64,000 bases of DNA, taken from Octopus sinensis. Taxonomy: Eukaryota. The stretch covers positions 62,001-126,000 of the forward strand of contig NC_042999.1 in the NCBI RefSeq assembly GCF_006345805.1, read 5' to 3'. A program made the translations under genes and the position numbers. Shown piece after piece: positions 49,591 through 61,770 of this stretch. Each line of letters starts with the position of its first letter. Position 1 is the stretch's first letter. Under the pieces are notes generated by a model, which searched no databases, was not told the DNA's origin, and saw only the letters and a list, made by a program, of their open reading frames with translations.

Positions 49591-49862
49591 TATTTAAAAG
49601 ATTTTGAAGGACATGATGAGAAAGATAGTTTCAGTTAGCTTGCTTAGCTGTTTCGGGTTATTTTTAGCAGCATAAAATTGATACGGCTGAAAGTAGAGGA
49701 GCGAGTCAGGGTATTTAATGCTGTGAGTCAGTTTGAGATATTTTGCGTTTCTTAAGCAGAAGTCATTATAGTCAGGCGATCTGGTGAGTGAATGTAAGGA
49801 GCTAGAAGAAATGCCACCAAGCAATTTGTCCGGTATATTAATGATTATGCCATATCACCGCC

Positions 49863-49898
<36 letters not shown>

Positions 49899-49904
49899 TG
49901 GTGA

Positions 49905-50235
49905 TGATGGAACCTGAAAAGACTGAGAAATACCAGCCACTGCGGGATGAGATAGGAAAGTTATGGGGTATGAAGAAAGTAATGGTGATACCGGTGGAAA
50001 TTGGAGCATTAGGAACCGCTTCCAAGGGCTTTGAAAACCATAACAAATATTGGAGCTGCTGTCAGGCTCGAAGTGATCCAGAAGACAGCATTGTTGGGTA
50101 CAGCTTGCATTCTAAGGAGAGTATTGTCTCTTTGAGTCACAGGAGAAGACACTACTTGAAACCGTTGGTGATTTGTTATTGCCTGCTTTCAAGTAAAGAA
50201 CAACCGTGAATTAAGAACTATCCAAGAGTCTTTCA

Positions 50236-50237
<2 letters not shown>
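49905..50237 (+). mobile_element. R4/Dong-type non-LTR retrotransposon 3' fragment (RLE endonuclease) in (AAT)n
   Basis: EKTEKYQPLRDEIGKLWGMKKVMVIPVEIGALG..(frameshift)..IGAAVRLEVIQKTALLGTACILRRVLSL*; (AAT)n on both sides. Confidence 0.8.
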
Positions 50238-50289
<52 letters not shown>

Positions 50290-50291
<2 letters not shown>

Positions 50292-50845
50292 GCCCTGATG
50301 CAGTACCAGGCAGTGGCTCTCATGGCTTCTGATCTTAACTGATTGGAAGTGTTATCATGTACATTGTTTTGTCTTGGTATAAAAGATGGGCTACAGCAAA
50401 TATTCTGCTCAATACCACAGATTTGCTTGTCAGTTGTTTGAGCTTAACCAGTTGAGCATGTCCCTTAGTGGCTGACGATGTGTGCATCTCTGATCACGAG
50501 CAGAAGTAGTGGGGGAGCATCATAGCCATGTGTTGAGAGGGATTCTTTGGGGTTTGAATAATTCACCTCTGGAAACATGGGTGGTTCTTTCAACATCCTT
50601 AAACAACCCTTATTCAGGGACCATTTGAGCGGGATGGGCTACTCAACCTGAAGAAAATTCTAACTGGGCCCCACCTGCAAGGTCATGTGCTGTTTATCTT
50701 GATATGAGATCACCATGTCGCACACATATGGTTGTGATGCATGTGCCTGGTGTGCCCTTATCAGACGGGTAGTCATGATGGGTATATTGGGCTTCGTATA
50801 TTTTACCCCAGTGTCACTTTGATGGCATGAACTGCTCTCTCACTC
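50290..50845 (+). mobile_element. Family M non-coding element embedded in (AAT)n
   Basis: About 555 bp with (AAT)n on both flanks; partial copies at 5241 and 29238. Confidence 0.8.
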
Positions 50846-50885
<40 letters not shown>

Positions 50886-51254
50886 TAACGGCTATTTGGA
50901 GCATGGGCACGCCCATAAATGATTGAGATAAGCGAGGATACTAACTGGTAGTGACAGTACGGAAGAGCCAACTATAAAATTGAATCTTGTATCATATAGT
51001 GCATATTTTATAAATAGTAAAAGATGAAAGACCTAAGAAAATAGCATCGAATAATTAGATACGTATTTTAACGGACAGCTTTAATATTTGCATCGATTTG
51101 AGTGCTTCGAAATATTTTTTATTTGATCATTATCAGTTAAAGTTCCCTCTATGTTGTACCATTTATTGCTGGATAAATTTATGATGATTTTCATCTTTCA
51201 TATTTGCTGAATTATATCTGTATCACGGTCTAACCAAAGTGGCGAATTTTAACG

Positions 51255-51702
51255 TATTTATAGTTGGTAGTTTCTGGATGTTTATTGCGAAATCAAAATT
51301 TGCTGTTTCTGTATAATTTCTTGAAAGCAGACGATGAAATTAAAAGGACAACGAAGCGTTTTCTGAATCGGCAGTTCGTATCTGTGTCTTGTCACAACTA
51401 CTCTGGTGTATCTGTGGTCAACACCACTGTAAGTTACCACCTGTATCATCTCTTGTGAAAAGTAAAATGGTCCAGTTTGCTGGACATTGTTGTAGAGCTG
51501 AAAACGAGGTAATTTCTGCTCTTCTCCTCTGGAAGCCATCTACTCGCGATACGAGAGGGCGCACACTCTCCTACCCTGATGTAATCTCCAGGGATACAGG
51601 CATCCAGCAACAGGACCTCTGTAATGCTATGATGGACCGTGAAGTCTGGCGTAGCATAGTAAATTCCATTGTCTCGACCACTGCCGAACATTGATGATGA
51701 TG
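51255..51702 (+). mobile_element. RTE-clade LINE 3' fragment
   Basis: LPPVSSLVKSKMVQFAGHCCRAENEVISALLLWKP...RGRTLSYPDVISRDTG...AMMDREVWRSIV*, with a (GAT)n tail. Confidence 0.8.
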
Positions 51703-52019
51703 TAATTTACATCTCTCAAAGTTGGATCCACAGTTAGGATTTGGCGACTGTTTTGTCAAGTTGCAATACCGATTAGAAGCTATCCTGTAGGCAGAAAGTA
51801 ATGTGAAATCCCACCAGTTTATTCTTCCTAAAAAAATGACAGAGTGATGCTGATTAAACGGTGTCAAATATGATTATAGACCTAATCCCTACTATATTTC
51901 AAAACGGAGTAAATAAAATATTTTGTTTTTGGATTTGGTTTGCAAGATTCTTTATATGAGTTCGTGTGTTGAAGCATATTTTGTTGTGTCTGGGGAGAGA
52001 CAGAAATGCAAACATATAC

Positions 52020-52890
52020 AAACACATGCTCACACACACATACACAGAAAATACACAAACACAGACATGCAAGCACATAAATACGCAGGATACATACATG
52101 CATATATACATATACATACACACACATATATACATACATACACATGCAAACACACATACATGCATACATACCTACATACATACATACATACATACATACA
52201 TACATACTTGCATACATACATACATACATACATACATACATACATACATACATACATACATACATGCATACATACTTGCATACATACATACATACATACA
52301 TACATACATACATACATACATACATACATACATACATACATACATACATACATACATACATACATACATACATACTTGCATACATACATACATACATACA
52401 TACATACATACATACATACACACATACATACTTGCATACATACATACATACATACATACATACTTGCATACATACATACATACATACATACATACATACT
52501 TGCATACATACATACATACTTGCATACATACATACATACATACATACATACATACATACATACATACATACATACTTGCATACATACATACATACATACA
52601 TACATACATACATACATACATACATACATACATACCTACATACATACATACATACATACATACATACATACTTGCATACATACATACATACATACATACA
52701 TACATACATACATACTTGCATACATACATACATACATACATACATACTTGCATACATACATACATACATACATACATACATACATACTTGCATACATACA
52801 TACATGCATACATACATACATACATACATACATACATACATACATACATACACACATACATACATACATACATACATGCATGCATGTATA
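52020..52890. repeat. (TACA)n tetranucleotide satellite with CTTG/TGCA variants
   Basis: Read directly. Confidence 0.95.
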
Positions 52891-53689
52891 GGCACACACA
52901 CACACACACTGACCCACACTCATGCGCACAAACAAACAAAAGGGAACGCAGTGTAAATAACGGACAGAGTCAAGACTATTGAAAAGGTTGCAAGACGCAA
53001 CGAAAATTTTAGAAAAATAGAAATAAGAAAAAAGTGGAAATTTTACCGGTGAGTGTGTTATATTATAAGGCACAAAAAGAAAATGACTCTCCCCAAACAC
53101 AACAGAGTAAATAAAATATTATGACGTTTAGGCCCCTTTTCAAGGGTATCTGTCGACTAACTGATGTAAAATGGTCAAATGGTTATATATGATAATAAAT
53201 CTAACCGCAGTTATATTTCAGAGTAGAGTAAATTATATATGATGTTAGGGTCCTTTCTTAATTGATGTGAAATGCTCAAACGAAGTTAAATATTTTTTGA
53301 GTATCAGCCATCAACCACTGTTATATTTTGGAGACGATTAAATTAAGTATTGTGATGCGCTGGCCCTTTTCAAGGCTATCGAAAGTCTAATTGATGTAAA
53401 ATATTTTCAGTTGAGAATCGAAACCGGATCCAGATCTCGACTCACGTCTTTTTCTGCGGCACTCGTCAAAAATAGTATTAATGTTGCCTCTTTATTTAGA
53501 CACACGGTTTCATAGTGTAGAAATATCCTAGTTAAAATGGTGCTTACTTTATGAAGACCAGGATGATAAAAAGTAAAAATTGAGTCTGGCAGGGATTGAA
53601 ACAAGAAATTAAGAGTTTAGTATGGTTCACAATTTTGGATGCAGGATCGAATGGCAATATCATTTGCAGTATTATTTGAATATTATTTT

Positions 53690-53895
53690 CTTTTCTACTT
53701 CATGCACAATGCTCGAAACTTTTAGGGAGGGGGCCAGTCGATTAGATCGACCCCAATATGCAACTGGTACTTAATTTATCGACTCCGAAAGGATAAAAAG
53801 CAAAGTCGACGTCGGCGGAATTTGAACTCACAATGTAAGGACGGACGAAATGCATTTTACCCGGCGTGCTAACGATTCTGCCATCTCGTCGCCAT
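53690..53895 (-). mobile_element. SINE family B
   Basis: Reverse orientation. Confidence 0.8.
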
Positions 53896-54099
53896 ACGTT
53901 ATATGTTAATAACACTTTTGGTATGCATAGTGTATGGCTGTGTGGTTATAAAGCTCAATTGGAAACCGCTCGGTTCTGGGTTTGATTCTTATATGTGGCA
54001 CCATACAACATCAGTTGATTAATACCTTATGTCTGGAATTTGGCAGACGAAATCGGTGTTGAAGTTTCGTTATCCTGAAGGTTTCTTTAAAGAGACTGT

Positions 54100-54514
54100 G
54101 GATCTTTCCGGTTTGAACGGCAGTTTTTAACATAATTTCTAGGTAACTAAAAAATTCTAAACTTCGTATACTGGTAGAATGTGTTTATAAAACATCTTTT
54201 TCTCTTGGATTTATTGAGAAAATTCTATAGTTTGTAAGATATTTGTTGTTTTTTTTTTCTTCAATTTCTGCAATTTCAACCAATCACTGACGTCTATTGA
54301 GGTAAAAAAACATTCTGTGCCGTATGAATATGTCCCTCGTTTAAGAAACAGATTGGGTTTATTTACATTTGTGAAGAAAAAAAAGATACCCTTCCCCCCA
54401 CTCCTAACCCTAAAACAGATTGAAATGCAATAGATCGATACTAGGGTCATAATTATGGGTGACAATTTCATATGACACCGCTAGAAAAAACTGTCGTTCA
54501 AACCGAAAAGATCC
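54100..54514. mobile_element. MITE with about 29-bp TIRs
   Basis: ggatctttccggtttgaacggcagttttt ... aaaaactgtcgttcaaaccgaaaagatcc. Confidence 0.75.
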
Positions 54515-54933
54515 GAGACTATAATATACAATTTATAAGAGAGATAAACATTTTGTGTGATAAAATGCCTTCTTATTATCATGTTTTGGCAGATTATTCC
54601 GCCTAGGTCGACTTTGCCTTTCATCCTTTCGGAATCGATAAACTGGGCACGGAGGTCGATGTAATCGGCTTACTGCTTTCTACGAAATTGCTGGACTTGT
54701 ATAAAAAATTTGAAACCAATATGCTTTTGCAGCAATATGCTAATGGCTGTTGTTTTTGAAGAATAGATTCTTTCAGATGAATGTGTTTCATAACATACTC
54801 GTTTCATTAATATTGTTGTGTATTTTCTGCTAAATCTATACCCGACTAATGAATCTTACAAGAACTTGTGGCTCTTGTTCATCAATTAAAAAACTGCCGA
54901 TGCTTTCTGATATCTGTCTACCGATGATGAATC

Positions 54934-55256
54934 GTTATATGCAGAGTAAATAGTGACAATCAGAACGATAACATAAATATTCATTGTTAATTGATGTAGA
55001 TAGATATGACCGTGGATATGTGAATCGCTGTTGTATTTTGTGATTGAGAACAAATTCAGTTTTCAGGTGAATGTATATGGTCATAACATACTCGATTTTT
55101 TGAGGCAAGGAGACCTCGAAATACAAGTGTTTCGACCTTCTTTTGTGTCTCTTCAGTCAAAATCAAAACTACCCCTGCTAAACAGAAAAGTTGTTCTCCA
55201 GTGACGAAATGCGAGAGAAATGACCATATTCTGCGAAAAGAATCTACGAAAGATTG
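54934..55256. repeat. 323-bp segment duplicated at 56118-56440
   Basis: Near-identical direct copies. Confidence 0.9.
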
Positions 55257-55539
55257 AATATGCATGTTATCATTTCGATTCTCACAGTTTACCGCCTACA
55301 CGTCAATTAATTAAATGAAATTGCCTATTCTCTGTCTGTCTCTCGGTATATATATATTGAAAAGTAAATAAGTAAATAAGTAGATATTTTACCGGTGTAT
55401 GTTAAATGATAAGGCACTGAAAGAGAATGACTCTCCCCAGAGATACAAAAGAATATGCTTCAACACACGAACTCACATAAAGAATCTCGCAAACCAAATC
55501 CCAAAACGAAATTATATACATACATACATACATACATAT

Positions 55540-55629
<90 letters not shown>

Positions 55630-55810
55630 AGGAGAGTTTACGAAAAAAGCAAAAGACGAAGACAGGTGGTGTACAATACAAACAGATGTATTAGTATAAC
55701 GCTCAGGAACAGAAAAAGTCTTTTACGCTTCGAGCCTACGCTCTTCTACAGAAAGGGACACAGAAAAAATAAGGAGAGAAAAAATGTGTGTAGTGGCTAA
55801 CGATCTATCA
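55630..55810 (-). mobile_element. PLE-type terminal repeat (family J) with variant hammerhead
   Basis: Direct copy at 56930-57116, inverted copy at 61610-61770. Confidence 0.65.
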
Positions 55811-55937
55811 TGGCAACTAATGGTAAATAATTATTAATTTTAAAATTAACAATTATTACCAAGTAGTTATTAGTATGAAAAGAGTACCATAATCGGTAGG
55901 AACTTTTAGAAAAAGTTTTTTTTTTATATATATAAAC

Positions 55938-56858
55938 AATTAGGGTTAAGCAACATACCGAAAATTTAGAAATAGCAGCCAAAAACCGCTTATTCCTATC
56001 TACTACAAATATTGCTCCACATATAACATTTTACTTGTAACTCATATAGGCAAAAAATTGTAATGATTGTTAATTTTAAAATTAATAATTATTTACCCTT
56101 ATATTAGTAATGAAATTGTTATATGCACAGTAAATAGTGACAATCAGAACGATAACATAAATATTCATTGTTAATTGATGTAGATAGATATGACCGTGGA
56201 TATGTGAATCGCTGTTGTGTTTTGTGATTGAGAACAAATTCAGTTTTCAGGTGAATGTATATGGTCATAACATACTCGATTTTTTGAGGCAAGGAGACCT
56301 CGAAATACAAGTGTTTCGACCTTCTTTTGTGTCTCTTCAGTCAAAATCAAAACTACCCCTGCTAAACAGAAAAGTTGTTCTTTAGTGACGAAATGTGAGA
56401 GCAATGACCATATTCTGCGAAAAGAATCTACGAAAGATTGTAACAAACCGTAGTTCTCTTTCTGCGGTACTATTTTTGTGACACACATGGTAATCTTGGA
56501 GGGAAAACACGAATTCATTCGTCTATATGGATTTGGTGTATGCTGACTATCTTCTGCTATCTCCGATGGCGCGGGATCAAGATGCAAGAGGTAGGTAAAT
56601 AGCATTTGCAAATCTATAATTTACTGGATTGTTGTGCTGATGATGGGAATGAGTTCTTTATAATTCTAACCCAGAAACTCGTCCACAACTGACCGAAGAC
56701 TGTTTGATTTCGTTATTTTCCTTCTTTTTTGCCTATGTGAGTACAAGTAAAATGTTATATGTGGAGCTATATTTGTAGTAAATAGGAATAAGCGGATTTT
56801 GGCTGCTATTTCTAAATTTTCGGTATGTAGTTTAGCAACCTGTTGCTTAACCCTAATT
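55938..56858. mobile_element. Inverted-repeat-bounded element (about 120-bp arms) with cargo
   Basis: aattagggttaagcaac... / ...gttgcttaaccctaatt; arms about 55938-56057 and 56725-56858; next to (TA)n. Confidence 0.75.
56631..56689 (+). ncRNA. Type I hammerhead ribozyme motif
   Basis: gttgtg CTGATGA tggg...ccca GAAAC tc GTC cacaac; perfect 6-bp helix I, GUC triplet, U-A at the base of stem II. Confidence 0.75.
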
Positions 56859-56929
<71 letters not shown>

Positions 56930-56932
<3 letters not shown>

Positions 56933-57116
56933 AGAATTCACAAAAAAAAAACAAAAGACGAAGACAAGTGGTTTAGACAACAAACAGATGTATTAATATA
57001 ACACTCGGGAAGTGCAAAAGCCTTTAACGTTTCGAGCTTACGCTCTTCCACAGAAGGGAACACAGAAAGAAACAAGGAGAGAAAATAAAGAATGTATTAT
57101 GGCTAGCGATCTATCA
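56930..57116 (-). mobile_element. PLE-type terminal repeat (family J)
   Basis: Copy of 55630-55810. Confidence 0.65.
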
Positions 57117-57409
57117 AGGCGAATATATATATATATAAATTGTTTTTTTTTGGGGGGGAACACTGAATCTCGAGGCAGGTAAAGCTATAATAGCGTGTAA
57201 ATGTTGGGTGCGGATGATAACTACTATTATTCTGTGATTCAGTTCTTCCAAATTTACCTCAGTTATGTACTCCCTTATATTGTCTTGCACCCGTAAGGAT
57301 TTTCTTACACAGATTAGTATATTATCTTCAGCATCTTTACGTTGCAACTGAACCCTTTTCGTTTTCTCATCATCTTTGTTAATATTACTCGTTATCAATA
57401 TTGATTGAA

Positions 57410-58081
57410 ATGCTCACCACCACCGCTACTATCTACTGCATCGTCATCCTAATCATCATCATCCTCATCCTAATCATCATCATCATCATGATCCTCATCA
57501 ACATCATCATCCTAATCATCATCATCCTCATCGTTATCATCATCATCATCATCTTCATCCTCATCAACATCATCAGCATCATCTTCATCCTCATCGTCAT
57601 CATCATCCTAATCATCATCATCCTTATCGTCATCATCATCTTCATCCTCATCAACATCATCATCATCATCATCACCATCCTCATCATTGTCATCATCATC
57701 ATCTACACCCTTCTTCCCCTCCTCCTCCCCTCCTCCTACCCCTCATCATCATCATCATCCTCATCATCATCCTCATCAACATCAACATCATCATCATCAT
57801 CCTCATCAACATCATCATCATCTTCATCATCATTCGATAAATATCACGATTGATATGATTTCTAGAAATAAGACAACCACTGTCAATCCGCATCTACTTC
57901 CTCTTCCTCCTTTTCATCATCATCATCATCATCGTCGACCTCATCATCATCGTCGTCATCATCATCATCATCATCGTCGTCATCATCATCATCATCATCA
58001 TCGTCGTCATCATCGACATCATCATCATCATCATCATCGTCATCGTCGTCATCATCATCATCATCATCATCATCATAGTCG

Positions 58082-58124
<43 letters not shown>

Positions 58125-58160
58125 TATCATCATCGTCATCATCATCATCATCATCACAAG
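57410..58160. repeat. (ATC)n-based compound microsatellite
   Basis: Read directly. Confidence 0.95.
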
Positions 58161-58334
58161 CGTTTTTTTTTTATCGCATTATCGCTAACAAATTTCGTGA
58201 CACACAGTAATATATTTAAAACAAAAAAATTAAAATTAAGTAAATACATAAATAGCAATATTACCACAGGCGAGATATCGTTGCAAAAAAAAATAAATCA
58301 ACAAATAAATAAATTTTGATTTAATTTCATAATT

Positions 58335-58337
58335 ACA

Positions 58338-58398
<61 letters not shown>

Positions 58399-58455
58399 CA
58401 TCATCATCATTACGACTACTACTACTAATTATTATTATTACTATTATTATTATTA

Positions 58456-58504
<49 letters not shown>

Positions 58505-58592
58505 CATTACGACTACTATTACCACCACCAGCGCTACTACTACTACTACTACTACTTATCGATATTTATTATTATCATAGTTATTATTATTA

Positions 58593-58648
<56 letters not shown>

Positions 58649-58670
58649 GCTATTATTATTATATTATTGC

Positions 58671-58704
<34 letters not shown>

Positions 58705-58845
58705 TTATTATTATTATTATATTATTGCTATTATTATTATATTATTATTATTATTATTATTATCATTATTATTATTATATTATTATTATTAATATTGCTA
58801 TTATTATTATTATTATCATTATTATTATTATTATTGATATTATTA

Positions 58846-58878
<33 letters not shown>

Positions 58879-58933
58879 TATTATTATTATTATTATTATC
58901 ATTATTATTATTATTATTATTATTTTATTATTA

Positions 58934-58980
<47 letters not shown>

Positions 58981-58982
58981 GC

Positions 58983-59016
<34 letters not shown>

Positions 59017-59045
59017 GCTATTATTATTATTATTATTATTATAAC
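58335..59045. repeat. (ATT)n microsatellite
   Basis: Read directly. Confidence 0.95.
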
Positions 59046-59229
59046 TGTTATTAATATTGTTGCTGTTGTTGCTGTTGTCATTTTTGTTCTTATTACTTGT
59101 CGTGGTTGTTTCTGATGCTGTTCATGTTGTCGCTTGCTACTTTAAAAAAGAAGTATCGATCAGGCTGATTGAATCCATCAGTGTGCCATCGATTTGCAAA
59201 TGAACTCTGAACAAGCAGATAAGCTTTCG

Positions 59230-59385
59230 GCCTCCTCCCTCTCTCACACGCATACAACCACGCCCTTCCTCCCTTCCTCCCTCCCTCCCTCCCTCCCTCT
59301 CCACTCCCTCTCTCCCTCTCCCCCTCCCTCTCTCCTTCTCCCCTCCCCCTCTCCCTTCCCTGCCCTCCCCCTCTCTCTCTCTTCA
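59230..59385. repeat. Polypyrimidine (CCCT/CT)n tract
   Basis: Read directly. Confidence 0.9.
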
Positions 59386-59707
59386 CGTAACATGTATTGA
59401 TTTCAGTGGTCGTATCAATGGAGAGCATTATTTGATCTGATGTAATTTGCTGTATCTCAGGTATTGCTGAACATCGATCAAGCTGCATCCTGGACCGGCA
59501 GGAAAGGTTCGTTGTCAAAAGGGAAGAGGCATTCAAAACGCGTTGTTTTATCGATTAGAAGCTTTATAATGCTGTCGCAGTCGATCTGGTTTTCACCCCC
59601 AATGATACATGAATATGTGTGTGTGTGTGTACATATATGTTTGTGTATATATATATATACATATGCTTATATATACATATATATATATTTATATTTATAT
59701 ATGTATG

Positions 59708-59747
<40 letters not shown>

Positions 59748-59783
59748 TACACATATATTCATATATACATACATACATATATA

Positions 59784-59814
<31 letters not shown>

Positions 59815-59854
59815 ATATGTATGCATATGTATATGATATAAGTGTATATATATA

Positions 59855-60015
59855 AGGTGTAGGAGTAGCTGTGTGGTAAGAATCTTGTTTCCCAACTACA
59901 TGGTTCCGGGTTCAGTCCCACTGCGTGGTACCTTTGGTATGTTCTATTATAGCCTCGAGCCGACCAAAGCCTTGTGAGTGGATTGGATGGACGGAAACTG
60001 AAAGAAGGCCGTCGT
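59855..60015 (+). mobile_element. SINE family A, 5' half
   Basis: aggtgtaggagtagctgtgtggtaag...gaaagaaggccgtcgtata. Confidence 0.8.
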
Positions 60016-60639
60016 ATAAATATATATATATATGTGTGTGTATGCGTGATATGTTTATATGTTATAAATGTTAAGTATTACATATGCTTATTACATACTT
60101 ATAAAAACATATTTTATGCATACGATATCTTTTATATCTTCTCCTCTCTCTCTCTCTCTGTATATATATTATTGTTCGAAAAAGAATGCTTCGTAGGCAT
60201 AGGCTTATGGTGCAAAGAGATGAGGGCCGTCGTATAAAGAAGTGCTAATCAGTTTTTGCAGTTCGAACCTGTGGAAGAAATGTCTCAAGAAAGCGTGGGC
60301 CAAAGTGAAGAGGGCTAATCTTGGGCTGTTGAGTTTCATAGAGAAGATGAATCGAGGCTGAAGTGAAATGATTGGCGATAAGCGTTACGCGAGAAGACCT
60401 GTACACCATGGCGAAACTTGGGAAAACATTTACAATAATTACTTCAATGCTTTATAGAATTCTCAACCGAAACAGAAGACTGATTATGAAAGCAGTGCTA
60501 ATATCCTTTCTAGTACAAGTACAGCGCCTGAAGTTTTGGCGGTAGGCGGTTAGTCGATTGCATCAACCTCAGTGCATAACTGGTACCCATTTTATCACCG
60601 CCTTAGAAGTAATACTAAGTAATATCCCACTACTTACTT

Positions 60640-60975
60640 TTTAATGCCGAACCTCAAAGTTATGGGGACGTAAACACACCAACAGCAGTTGTCAGGCTGT
60701 GATGGGGAACACAGACACAATGACACATATACACATATACACATATACACACATACACTCATACACGCATACACATATACACATATATACACATACATAC
60801 ATACACATATATACAACGGGCTTATTTCAGTTTCCGTCCATCAGATCCATACACAAGGCTTTATTCAGCCTGAGGCTATAACAGAAAACACTTGTCCAAG
60901 GTACCACACAGTGGGACTGAACCCGGAGCCATGTGGTTGGGAGGCAAACTCTTTACTACACAGCCACGCTGGTGC
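60640..60975 (-). mobile_element. SINE family A, older copy
   Basis: Reverse orientation. Confidence 0.75.
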
Positions 60976-61487
60976 GTATAACTACATGGGGACTATTTGC
61001 AATTAGGTGGAGTAAACACACACACGCATACACACACACACACATACAAACACGCTCACAAACACACACACACACATGTGTAAAAATATAAACAGCTACG
61101 CGCAATATAATACCATAAAGGAAAAATTTAATCATCAATGAATGTGACTGAGGATGCTGAAGCACCTACATTGCTAGAAATAAGAGTTAAAACCTCTTAA
61201 GAATTTAGAATTCAGCTGCATGTTGTTGCAGATTGTTGCCGTCTCAGTAATATGCACATGGAACCATGCATTATACTCGTATCGATTCCCAGGTTATACG
61301 TTGATTGTGACGCTTCGAACGCCGTCGCTCCTGATATTATATATTCTGATTGTGATTTCCTTATGGGTTGCTAGCGTGCAATATATATACACCGACAGGG
61401 GATATAACCGCCCATGAGCGTCTCTAGGCTAGTTTTGCCTATCATTCGTAGGATCGTCAGTAGTGTGTGTGTGTGTGTGTATGAATA

Positions 61488-61562
<75 letters not shown>

Positions 61563-61609
61563 GCGTATATATACACATCAATCGCCATGATTGATCATTA
61601 AATCCAAAA

Positions 61610-61770
61610 GTTTTTTTTATAATTATCTCTCTGTTTATTTCATCGTGTTCGTTTCTGCTGAAGAGCATAGGCTCGAAACGTAAAAGACTTTCTCACCTTC
61701 CCGAGCGTCAAACTATCACACCTGCTTGTTGTTTATACACCTGTCTTCGTCTTTTGTTTTTCTATAAATT
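61610..61770 (+). mobile_element. PLE-type terminal repeat (family J) with variant hammerhead
   Basis: ttt CTGCTGA a gagc atag gctc GAAAC GTA aaag at 61652-61686. Confidence 0.65.

Noticed and set aside
51882-52982. 250-345 aa YIHT/MYVC ORFs
   Set aside because: (TACA)n satellite translation.
56299-56350. Minus-strand hammerhead-like motif (also 55115-55165), which would give both-polarity ribozymes
   Set aside because: Core, 3-bp stem II and GUA are present, but helix I has only about 2 pairs; near chance expectation.
56338-56455. TNFR-like Cys pattern (SCSLVTKCESNDH) on the + strand
   Set aside because: Too few cysteines, in-frame stop, and it lies in duplicated repeat cargo.
57401-59115. 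Ile-, His- and Tyr-rich ORFs
   Set aside because: (ATC)n and (ATT)n microsatellites.
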